Below, piece by piece: positions 51,497 to 64,000 of a stretch of 64,000 bases of DNA. A program made the position numbers and the translations under genes. Under the pieces are notes generated by a model. The model saw only the letters and a program-made list of their open reading frames with translations, did not search any database and had not been told where the DNA came from. Position 1 is the stretch's first letter; the number at the start of each line of letters is the position of its first letter. Source of the stretch: the human T2T-CHM13v2.0 reference genome, Homo sapiens; NCBI RefSeq assembly GCF_009914755.1, contig NC_060947.1. One strand, given 5' to 3'.

Positions 51497-52399
51497 GAAA
51501 TTCCTCCATTAGTTGTTGAACACTTTCTTACTTTCTGGAACACAGTGTTTCAGACTCACTGTGTACTCTACTTGTCTCAGCCCTGGAAGGAGCTCTGGCT
51601 CATTTTAGTGGAAAACAGTATTTTGAAACCATGGGATATGGGCAACAGCTTTGCTCATTGCTAATTTGGTGTCATTGATTCTAGACTTTTTCAGCAGGTA
51701 AATGAGTTTATATTGATACTTCTAAATCTAATCTAACACCACAATTTGTTTCTCTCTTCCTGCATTTTATATTTGCACCTCCCTTCACCCAAAGTGTGAA
51801 CCCTGAATCTCTAAAGCACCAATATATCTAATTGTTCACTCCTACATATAGACAAAACAGTTTTGGAATTTCTGTGCCCATACCAATATCAACAACAAAC
51901 TGTTTAAAGTTAAAATTTTATTATCATTTACCTTTATCCTTAGAATATACTCACAGAGTATGTTGTTTAAAATTTACTTTGATTTTTTTTTTCATTTGTG
52001 GGGTTATCTATTTGATGTACAGTTAGATATATGAGTTTCTGATTGTATTCAATTTTAAAGTTTCCCCCATTTTTTAAATGTATGTATTTAAATATGTAAA
52101 ATAACATAATTTAAAAAATCAATACTTTGTAAAATAGTAAATTCAGAAAAGTTTTATACCTTTCCTTATCCCTTTCACCTCATGCCTGTCTACTTCCTTT
52201 ATATAAACAATTTCATTTATTTCTCTGCCTTACTATTGCTTTGTTACATTTTGAAAAAAATAAACATGTGTTACATATTTTTCCAATTTCTTACTTTTTG
52301 TTTCATGAAAGCTATTACAAGGTATTTCATATATACATACACCTCTAGATATACATATATATATTAGATTAATTCTTTTTTGTACCCTTTTAAATTTGC

Positions 52400-52756
<357 letters not shown>

Positions 52757-52764
52757 CTAATTGT

Positions 52765-53398
52765 TTAAATTTTTATTTTGAAATCATTATAGATTTATAG
52801 AAGGTTGCAAAGAAATGTATAAGAAAGTCCTATGTACCCTTTCCCCAGCCTCCTCTAAGGTTAATATCTTACACAACCACAGTACAATATAAATCCCAGG
52901 AAATTTGACATTGGAACAATCCGCAGAATTATTCTGACTTTACCAGTTGTGTGTGTACCATTTGTGTTCATGTGTGTGCAGCTTTTGCCATTTTATCACA
53001 TGTATAGCCTTGTGTAACTACCACCACAATCAAGGTATTCAACTATAGCATCAACACGAGGCTCCCTCAAAGACCCTCTTTATAGCCATACTCATCTTCT
53101 CCTTCACTATCCCTAATCCGTGACAACCACTGTTATGTTCTTTGTATCTATAATTATTTGACAAATGTTACATACATGGAGTCACACAGTATGTATACCT
53201 TTGAGATAAGATTTTTTTCACTCAGAAAATTTTTTGAGGTTTATCTAAATTGTTGCATATATTAATAGTTTGTTCCTTTTTGTTACTGAGCAGTATTCTG
53301 TGGAATGGATGTGCTACAGTTTATTTAACCATTCACCCACTGGAAGACATTTAGGTAGTTTCTGGTTTTCAGCCAAAAAGAATAAAGCTGCTATGACA
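52765..53398 (-). mobile_element. L1MD/L1MC-class 3' fragment
   Basis: ttttattttgaaatcattatagatttatagaaggttgcaaaga...aaagtcctatgtaccctt. Confidence 0.7.
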
Positions 53399-53788
53399 AG
53401 TTCCTCCATCCTCATTCATTTTTACAGCCACATAGAACTTCATTGTGCAGTTTTCCTATGTATAGAGATATAGATTATGGCTAACATTTTGTTATTAGTA
53501 AAAATTATTCAGTGATCATTTGTTTATATGTATTTTTGTATTATCAAAGATATACCTTCAAAGTAAATTCCCAAAAGTGAAAGTGTTGGGTCGGAATAAA
53601 CATGTATTTAGTTTTTCAGCTATTTCAGTGGCGTGCTAAAGCTGACTCATACTGGCTTTCAAAATTCAATTGTTACACTCTTAGGAATTTTGCAAGCTGG
53701 TTGTTATACATAACCATTAGTAAGAATTAAATCACATAAACTTACAATTTAAAAATTTATATTTCTAATTAAGGTAATGCCAAAAAGC

Positions 53789-54043
53789 AGAAAGAATGAA
53801 TAATACTTAGTAATTGATAGCATAAGGGGGTCATTATAGTCAAAATAATTTAACTGTATATTTTAAAATAACTAAAAGAGTATTATTGTATTGTTTAAGA
53901 CAAAGGATAAATGCTTGAGTGGATGGATACCTCATTTTCTATGATGTAATTGTTACACATTGCATGCCTGTATCAAAATATCTCATGTACCTCATAAATA
54001 TATACACCCACCATGTACCCCACAAAAATTAAAAATAAAAAAA
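53789..54043 (+). mobile_element. L1MA2-like 3' end (~255 bp)
   Basis: agaaagaatgaataa...aaaggataaatgcttgag...gcatgcctgtatcaaaa...cacaaaaattaaaaataaaaaa. Confidence 0.85.
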
Positions 54044-54059
54044 TACCCAAAATTTTTGA

Positions 54060-55500
54060 AAAAATGGGAAGAATCACGCTACTGAACTTTAAGACTTACT
54101 CTACAGCAATAGTTATCAAGACGGTGTTGTATTGGCAAAGGGATACATAGATCAATTAACGGAGTCAAAAGTCTGGAAATAGACTATATAATTATGGCTA
54201 GCTGATTTTTGATAAAAGTGCAAAGGCAATTCTATGTAGAAAGGATAATATTTTTCACATATGGCCTTGGGACAGTTGGACATCCATATGCAAAAAACAA
54301 CAACAATAAAAAATGAACCTTGACCTAAACCTCATACCTTATACAGTAGTTAATTCAAAATGGATCATAGACCTAAATATAAAAACAAAAACATAAAAGT
54401 GTCAAAATTTTAGAAGAAACATAGGAGAAAATATTCATGACCTGGGAATAGGCAAAGAGTTCTTAAACATGCCATCAGAAGCACAATCTATAAAAGGAAA
54501 AATAGACAAGTTGACGTCATCAAAATTCATGTTTGCTCTGCAAAAGACACTGTTAAGAGAATAAAAGGACAGGCTATAAACTGTATGAAAATATTCACAA
54601 ATCACATCCCACAAAGGACTTTATCCAGAAAGACTTCTCAGAATTCAACAATAAGAAAACGACATAAAGAAGGCATAAAGAAGAGTTCAATATGTTCACT
54701 ATAATTAGCCATCAGGGAAATGCACATTAAAGTGATCGCGAGACCCACGACTCACCTAGTAGAATGGCAAGACTGAAAAAGAAAACTGACAATACTGAGT
54801 GCTAGTGAGAATGCAGCAGGACTAGAACCCTCATTTATTGCAGATGGACATGCAAAATGTTACAGCCATTCTGGAAAAAAGTTTGGCAGATTCTCTTAAA
54901 GTTAAACATACACTTGTCATAGGACTCTACCATCCCACTGTGAGGTATTTACTGTAGAGAAATAAAACCTTAGGTTCACACATAAACACACATGAATGTT
55001 CATAGCAGCTCTATTCATAATCTCCGAAAACTGGAAATGTCCTTCAACAGGTGAATGGATAAATAAACCATGGTACATCCATACTACTTGGCAACGAAAA
55101 GGAGCAAAATATAGAAACAAGCAACAACCTGCATTCATCTTATAGGCACTAGACTGAGTGAAAGAAGCCAGTCTCAAAAAGTTATGTACTTCCATTTCCA
55201 CGGCATTCTCAAAAATATAAATTGATGGTGATAAAAAGCAGACAAGCCACTGCCAGAGGTTAGGAGTGAGGGGAGGGTGTGACTACAAAGCAGTAGCATG
55301 AAGGAATGTTTTTAAGGTGATAGAACTCTTCTTATCCTGATTGTGGTGGTGGTTATGCTAATTTTTATGTGTTAAAATTCATACAACTTTACACCAAAAA
55401 AGGCAGCTTACTGTATTTTAATTCAGTAAATTAAAAAATTTACAGTAAATTAAAAATTCACTTAATTTAAAAACAAAATTAAAAAATACAAAACCCTAAA
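54060..55500 (+). mobile_element. Old L1M (L1MD/ME-class) ORF2 end plus 3' UTR
   Basis: ttaagacttact...tggatcatagacctaaat...gccatcagggaaatgc...gattgtggtggtggtta. Confidence 0.8.
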
Positions 55501-57049
55501 AAGATCAGTGTAGAATAGTAATAGCTACCAATATATAGTTCTTTTTTTACAAATATATAGTTCTGATAAGAACTTAATATGTGAGGTTTTTAAATAAAAA
55601 TATTTCCCTTATTATAAAAACATGTTCATTATAAAAAATTAAACCAGTTTCCCAGAGATAACCACTGCTGTTATCTTGGTGAATATAACTTCAGACCTCT
55701 ATCTTGCCTTGTTTTCAGAAAGAATGGCATTCTGTACTTATAATCTGGGAATCTGCTTTTTCATGTTACAATATGTCATTAAATAGTCTTCTTAAAATAA
55801 TAAAAGTTACAAAATTAAGGTAAGAAATAAAATCATTACTTCTTAATTCTTTTTATCTACATTTTTCTATTATCTGTTTTCTTGAAGTTATTAATGTTAA
55901 TTGATTTTATATGGTAAAAAAAAAAAAAAAAAGGAAAAAACCTATACAATAGTGTGCTAATGTGCATCTCTTCCCAAAATGTGTTCAGTGACTTCACCTT
56001 CATAGCTTGAAATTGGCCATGGTGGTACTATTTCACAAAGAAAATCAGTAAATGCCACACATCAGGACTTTTTGGGTGTGGTTTTGATTTTTTCTTTTCT
56101 GGAGAACCAGTTGTCAAACATTTACCAGCACAACATAGTACATTTTTAAATTCCCCTTGAAGGAATCATATTATTTTGCACTCTTACCAGCAACACATGA
56201 GAGTTTCTATTTCACCACAGCCTCAGCAACAGTGTATTAGCAAACTTTTAAGTGTTTTCAAACTGATGTATGAAAAATCATATTTCAGTGCAGTTTTGAT
56301 TTGCATTTATCTTATAAGTAAAGTTGTACATCTTTTTTAACATATGTAAGGAGTAACTGCATATATTTTTAAACTATCTGTTCATGTGTTTCACCTATTT
56401 TTCTAACACAGTTTTGATCTTTTATTTTCCCTGTATTTTGAAGAGTATAGATCTATATATATTAGGGATATTAGCCCTTTTATGATACACGTTGCAAATA
56501 ACATTTTTGTTTATCATGTTGTGACTTTTTGCTTTGCTTATGGTAGATTTTTTTTGCCATGTAGAAATTTTTAGGCAGTCAAATGTATCAATCTTTTATT
56601 GCATCTAAAGTTTGAATCATAGTTAGAAGGTCTTTTCCTTTAGAGAATGAATATTTTTAACAAGCCTCTCTCATATGATTTTATTTGGGAACAATAGATC
56701 AAACAAATGCAGTTAAACAGACATTAGGTGCCTATTATTTGTAGAATGCTCTGGTGAATACACAGACAAGAGCTGGTGTATCTATCTTTCATTTCCAGGA
56801 ACCCATAATTTAATGGGGAACGTTGACCTATACATGGCTTTTCTGAACCTTCTGCTAATCACAGCTGACTGGCTTCTGTTTCAATTAAGGTCTCAAAACT
56901 AAAATAGGAATGAAACACTACCCAGTAATTCTACTATATTCCTCTTTAGGCTCACCTTCCGACTTATAAAAATGATTATTCTATATGTTTTCTTTCCTCA
57001 TCCAAGTTTTTCTACCTTTGCTTATATCTGATTACCATACCTCATCAAA

Positions 57050-57827
<778 letters not shown>

Positions 57828-58165
57828 AATTTTCCCTTGTTTATTGGATCATTCCCATCAACATTAACCTGCCTTAGTATTTTCCAGTCACCCATTTTAT
57901 AAAAAGAAAAAAAAAACCTTTCTGTTACTTTTCTAATACATTTTACAGAAAGACACAAACTTTCTACAACCACATCTACTGCAATGATCACTCCACTTCT
58001 CTGCTGAAAAGAAAATTTGAAAGGCAAGTTCATTTTAAGATATATTCACATTACCTTCTTTCCTTTGTGAGCTTCCATTTACCCTTCAAACCTCTTCAGG
58101 CTGATTTCATTTTCCTGAACTTAACTGAAAATATTGCAGATAAAGTTAACAACAACTTCCATGAT

Positions 58166-60030
58166 GGGAAGTCCTAGCCAGAGTAATCAGGCAAGAGAAA
58201 GAAATACTAGGCGCCGAAATAGGAAAAGAAGAAGTGAAACTCTCTCTCTTCACTGACAATATAATTTTATTCCCAGAAAACCCTAAAGACTCCACCAAAA
58301 GACTTCTGGAACTGATAAACAGCTTCAGTAAACTTTCAGAATACAAAATCAATGTACAAAAATCAGTAGCATTACTACACACCAATAATGTTGAAGTTGA
58401 GAGCCAAATCAAGAACTCAATCCCATTTACAATATCCATAAAAAGAATAAAATACCTAGGAATACAGATAACCAAGGAGGTGAAAGATCTCTATAAGAAC
58501 TACAGAACACTGCTGAAAAAAAATCAGAGATGACACAAACAAATGGAAAAATATTCCATGCTCATGGACTGGAAGAATCATTATCATTAAAACAGCCATA
58601 CTCCCCAGAGCAAAGTACAGATGCAGTGCTATTCCTATCAAACTACCAATGTTATTTTTCACAGAAAAATGTTCCAAAATTCATATGGAACCAAAAAAGA
58701 GCCCAAACATCCAAAGCAATCCTAAACAAAAAGAACAAACCCTGAGGCGTCACATTACCTGACTTCAAACTATACTGTATGGCTACAGTAACAAAAATAG
58801 GATGGTATAGGTACAAAAACAGACCCATAGACCAATGCAACAGAATAGAGAACCCAGAAAATCATACTGACAGCATCTGATATTCGACAAAGTAGACAAA
58901 AATAAGCAATGGGGAAAGGACCTCTTATTCAATAAATGGCGCTGGGATAGCTGGCTAGCCACATACAGAAGAATGAAACTGGATACCTTCCTTACACCAT
59001 ATACAAAAATTAACTCAAGATGGGTTAAAGATTTAAATTTAAGACCTTAAACAGTAAGAATCGTAGAAGAAAACCTAGGAAATACCATTCTGGACATAGG
59101 TCCTGGCAAAGATTTTATGACAAAGGTTCCAAAAGCAATTGCAACAAAACCAAAAATTGACAAGTGGTATCTAATTAAACTAAAGAGCTCTGCACAGCAA
59201 AAGAAACTATTAACAGTAAACAGAAAATCTACACAATGGGAGAAAATATTTGCAAACTATACCTCTGAAAAAGTTCTAATATCCAGAATGTGTGATGAAC
59301 TTAAACAATTGTACAAGCAAAAAACAAAAAATCCCATTAAAAAGTGGACAAAAGACATGAACAGACACTTCTCAAAAGAAGACACACAAGCAGTCAACAA
59401 ACATGAAAACATGCTCAGCATCACTAATCATTAGAGAAATGCAAATCAAAACCACAATACCACTGTGAGATACCATCTCACACTAGTCAGAATGGCTATT
59501 ATTATAGTCATTCTGCCAGCCAAAAAACAACAGATGCTGGCAAGGCCACAGAGAAAAGGGAATGCTTATATACTGTTAGTTGGAATGTAAATTAATTTAG
59601 CCACTGTGGAAAGCAATTTTGAATTTCTCAATAAACTTAAAACAGAACTACCATTTGACCCAGCAATCCTGTTATCAGGTATATATTCAAAAGAAAATAA
59701 ATCATTCTACCAAAAAGACACATGCACTCATAGGTAATCACAGCATTATTTACAATAGCAATGACATGGAATCCACCTAGGTGCCTATCAACAGTGGATC
59801 GAATAAATAAAATGTGGCATATATACGCCATGGAATAGTATGCAGCCATAAAGAATGAAATCATGTCATTTGCAGCAACATTGATGCAGCTGGAGGCCAT
59901 TATCCTAAGTGAAAGCAGGAGCAGAAAACCAATTACTGCATGTTCTCACAAGTGGGAGCTGAATATTGGGTACTCGTGGACATAAAGATGGCAAGAATAG
60001 ACACTGGGGACTACTAGAGGGAAGAGGGAG
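58166..60030 (+). mobile_element. L1PA15/16-like element lacking its extreme 3' end
   Basis: ORF 58234..58533 is the RT region ([17 protein letters not shown], degenerate FADD motif); 3' UTR ggacataaagatggca..atagacactggggactactagaggg breaks off at 60030. Confidence 0.88.
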
Positions 60031-62050
60031 ATTCTCTCTCTAAGCAATCTCATGTAGTCCCATGACTTTGATTATCATTTTATTCCATTGATTCCAAAAT
60101 ATTTTTCTCCACCTCATTCTGCTCCGTTGAATTTCTGACTCATATCTAACTGCCCACTAACATCTTCATTTTGTGTATAAATAGGTATCTCAAAATAAAA
60201 ATTAAACTCCTTACCTTTGCTTTTCCAAATCTACCTCCTACATGAGTAGTCTGCTTCTTGGAATATATATATATATATATAATATAAATATATTAGTTAT
60301 ATAATATATACATATATTATATATCATATATAATATATACATATATTATATATGATATATAATATATGTATATATTATATATCATATATAATATATACAT
60401 ATATTATATATCATATATAATATATACATATATTATATATGATATATAATATATACATATATTATATATCATATATAATATATGTATATATTATATATCA
60501 TATATAATATATACATATATTATATATCATATATAATATATACATATATTATATATCATATATTATATATGATATATAATACATACATATATTATATATG
60601 ATATAAAATACATACATATATTATATATGATATATAATACATACATATATTATATATGATATATAATACATACATATATTATATATGATATATAATACAT
60701 ACATATATTATATATGATATATAATACATACATATATTATATATGATATATAATATATACATATATTATATATGATATATAAATATAGATTATATGTTAG
60801 ATTATATATATATATATAAAATCAGCCCTCTTTTCTTCATATATATTGCCATTTGCTTAGTCAGGTCACCATCATCTCTTGCTTGAACTAGGGCAATAGC
60901 TTCCTACCTGGTCTTGATTCAACATTCCTATACCTAGTTTACCCAAAGAGCAATAGAAATGGTTGTTTAAAAATGTAAATCAAATCATATTACTCTGCTG
61001 CTTAAAAGTCTTAAGTGGATTTCTACTGAACTTGGAGAAAAAGCTGAAGTATTTACCATGTCCCACAAAGCGTAAGTGGATGAACAGAGGAGCGAGAAGT
61101 TAATTATGGCTGGAGGAGAGTCAGGAACATTTGATGGAAGAGATGGCACTTGAGGTGGACTTTTAAGGGTAGGTTAGATTTGTATATTTGGAGATAAGGA
61201 GAGTAAGTGGAAAAGTACAGATAGATTATCCTTGAAGAAAAGGAGAGTAAGTGGAAAAGTACAGATTGTCTTTGAAGAAAAGAATGTGATCCAGTGCAGT
61301 TTGGAGAATGAGGCATATGACATGCTTAGGGAAAGGTAAATCTGGACAAAGTAGTTGGGGCAGATTGTAGAGAGCATTGAATACTGAGCTGTGTCCTAGC
61401 CTGAGAAGAGGAGGGATGTAAGAGATTATCAAATCCTCCTTTCTGCTTCCTCCTGAAATTTCTCTTGGGTCTGCCCCTACTTTGCATTCCCCACTTCCTC
61501 TTCCCTGGTTCTAGCCCAAGTTACCTCTTGCCTGGACGATTAAACAACCTCCTAATTAGTCTTTTCTTTCCCTTCCCTTCTCTCAACCTTTTTCTACACC
61601 AGCTTAATCTTTCTAAAGCACAGCTCTGATCACACCATATCCTTCTCCAAAAACCTTCAGTCATTCTGTTACCCACAGGATGAAATCCAAACTTTATAGT
61701 AGGGTAGTTCAAGCCACTATCATTCCCACCACCCCCACACCAGGAAATTTAACCTGCGTTTGCTGTCTTTGTATCCTTTAGCTCCCTCTTGATGAGTCAT
61801 ACCTCCCTGCACACTCTTTCCTCTGCACATCCACTGATTCTTCTTTCTCTTTGCCGTTGTACATTCAGTTGCCTCCTCTTGTACTACTTTCACCCAGCTT
61901 CATATCTCTCCAACTGGACATGTCTCAATGCTGCACAGTTCCACCATCTTCTCTACCAAGCTTCAATGCTTTTCCACCTGCTCAAGTTGTTAGTAATTTC
62001 TCTCCTCTGAATTTCCGTAATATTGTATCTGTACTTCTCTTGTGGAGAGC
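60031..62050. mobile_element. L2 fragments (sense ~60031-61070 and ~61430-62050; antisense ~61070-61430)
   Basis: caccatcatctcttgcttgaacta..gcaatagcttcctacctggtct; tctgatcacacca..ccttctccaaaaaccttcagt. Confidence 0.65.
60263..60818. repeat. AT-rich minisatellite, ~29-bp self-complementary unit, about 17 copies
   Basis: Unit (g/c)atatataata(t/c)atacatatattatatat repeated in tandem. Confidence 0.92.
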
Positions 62051-62495
62051 ATTGTAAGAGAGCATTGTATTAGCCACTGAGGATAGAAAGGTGAATAACA
62101 CACAGCTTTATACTATTTTATATATGATGCTACATTTAAAGATCAATAATGTAGGGCTGTGTGGCACAATCAATAACTGTAGACTGTGTGACACAGCCTG
62201 TTGTAGTCAGCCAGACTAGTTATCTCTCTTCAAAGAACGTAGAATAAACCCCCCTCTTGGCTTCTATGGAAAACAGACTATACAAATTGCTTTCAATGTT
62301 TAGTTTTAAGAAGCTAGACTATATACCATCTCTATACCACCAATAACACTGTGAAAATCTCTTTGCAGTTTTTTGTCCTTTCTTCCCCTTTCCCAGAGGT
62401 GTAGTGGAAGAGAAAGGGTGGGATCACTAACATTTGTTTAACATTTCCTATTTGTCATTTAATCCTCACAACAATCCTATAAAATAGATTCTCTT

Positions 62496-62517
62496 TTTTT
62501 TTTTTTTTTTTTATTTT

Positions 62518-62557
<40 letters not shown>

Positions 62558-62664
62558 TTTATTATTTTTTTTTTTTGAGACGGAGTCTCGCTCTGTCGCC
62601 CAGGCTGGAGTGCAGTGGCGGGATCTCGGCTCACTGCAAGCTCCGCCTCCCGGGTTCACGCCAT
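62496..62664 (-). mobile_element. 5'-truncated AluYa5-like insertion within a MIR
   Basis: Body 62577-62664 with all CpGs intact and gcgggatctcgg (reverse complement of CCGAGATCCCGC, a Ya5 diagnostic); ~80-nt T/(TTTA)n tail; perfect 17-bp TSD ataaaatagattctctt at 62479-62495 and 62663-62679. Confidence 0.9.
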
Positions 62665-63489
62665 AAAATAGATTCTCTTATATGCCTCTTTTATAAATGA
62701 GGTAACTGAAGCATAGAGTGAGTAGAGAACTCAGGATTTAAATTCAATCTAGGAATTGGAGAAGTTGAGATTAAAATGCATGCAATCTGGCTCCATAGTA
62801 TCCTCTATTTAACTACTATACTACACTACATAACTACCACTGTTTAATGAAATAAGTATATTAGTTCACTGGGGAGAGAAACATCTTCAGACTTCTGAGA
62901 AGAATTTGTAACACTGCTCTCTCTGTAAGTAAATACTGCCCTTTTATAGAACCATGGCACAGTAGCTCCTTTTGTATATATGTTTCCAAGGAAGTGGCCT
63001 GGCATCTTATCTCATGTAAAACCTGTGAAAACTCACCTATAAAGTTCAATCAGTCAATTAACTACTAAATCTTGAGTACATACTGTATGGCCCAGCCCTG
63101 TAAGAAACCAGAGAAAATAAATATGGTCATTTAAAAATATCTACAACTCAAAAGCAGTGCATCAAATAGGTTGAAAAAGTATTTAAATGATTCCTATGGA
63201 GTTGGAGAATAAATCTGAATATGAATGCTGCTTGTTTTTCCCTATACCTCACACAGTGGCTTCCTCATCCATTCATAGAACATTGGAGTGGTGAAATGCA
63301 CTGAATGTGAGATACAATGAGGTCCTTTACAAGTTCTTTTCTAGATGGCATTGGTTTTCACATAACCTGGAGGGCTGGCTGAGGCTGTGAACTTTTCTGC
63401 ATAATCAGCCTGAGACATCTGAAGCCAAGAAAGACCACAGCAGTGACAGAACACCTACTGTGAGTTAAGCAAAGAATGGGAGATTAACT

Positions 63490-64000
63490 TTTACACATGT
63501 CTATAGTTCATTTTGAGTGAATTTTTGTGCTTCTTGTGGTACCTTAATCAAAAATTCACTAAACATAAATGTAAAGGTTTATTTCTGGACTCTCATTTCT
63601 GTTCCATTAAATCTATGTTTTTTCTTGTGATAATGCCACACTAGGGCTTTATAGTAAGTTTTGAAATCAGAAAGTGTGAGTCCTCCAAAAGTATTCTTTT
63701 TCAAGATTGTTTTGGCTATTCTGGGTCTCTTTCATTTCCGTATAAATTTTAGAATAGACATGTCAATTTCTATTAAAAAGCTCACTGGGATTTTGATAAA
63801 GGTTGCGTTGACTTTTTAAATCATTTTGGGGAAAATTGCCATTTTGAAAATGTTGAGTCTTCTAATTCATGAGCATGGAGTGTGTTTCCATTTGTATATA
63901 TTTTCTTTAATTTCTCTCAACAACATTTTGTAGTTTTCTAAGTCATGTACTACTTTTGATAGATTTATACCTGAGTATTTTATTCTTTTGATAATATTAT
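63490..64000 (-). mobile_element. Old L1M ORF2 fragment running off the window end
   Basis: tttctggactctc..tctgttccatt...ttttcaagattgttttggctattctggg...cttctaattcatgagcatgg. Confidence 0.8.

Larger units (their letters stand above)
53626..56138 (+). mobile_element. MER63 (hAT-Blackjack MITE) split into 53626-53777 and 55813-56138
   Basis: cagtggcgtgct...aggaattttgcaagctggttgtta; resumes tgtgcatctcttccca...gaaccagttgtcaaacatttaccagcac. Confidence 0.8.

Noticed and set aside
58146-59900. Cluster of RT-like ORFs
   Set aside because: Frameshifted L1 ORF2 relic with a mutated catalytic motif (FTDN); not an active retroelement or novel RT system
60263-60818. Regular ~29-bp palindromic repeats superficially resembling a CRISPR array
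   Set aside because: No unique spacers, no cas genes, eukaryotic intron; it is a minisatellite

Overview
Primate, almost certainly human, AT-rich and CpG-poor genomic DNA from inside a very large gene. The only supportable coding sequence is one 75-nt internal exon (3792-3866, + strand, tag|...|gtaagt) encoding (A)LLTDKPPKPLFPMENQPSVIDVQL(G). I recognise this from memory as the Ig2-Ig3 junction exon (exon 6) of IL1RAPL2 on Xq22. The rest is intron filled with interspersed repeats: Alu J/S/Y, L1PA to L1ME fragments, L2, MIR, L3/CR1, MaLR and ERV1 solo LTRs, hAT MITEs, and micro/minisatellites. Nearly all ORFs in the supplied track are repeat-derived or chance ORFs. I cannot support a new biological system here. 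The best leads are: a MER121-like ancient element with a nearby hairpin, a ~145-nt palindrome with many G-U-compatible mismatches, a possible intronic-polyadenylation route to a secreted IL1RAPL2 fragment, a very young truncated AluYa5, a U2 retrocopy and an AluY sharing one target site, a twin-primed micro-L1, a probable ancient L1 3' transduction inside MER63, and a palindromic AT-rich VNTR. Repeat subfamily names come from recalled consensus sequences, not a database search, and boundaries of old repeats are approximate.
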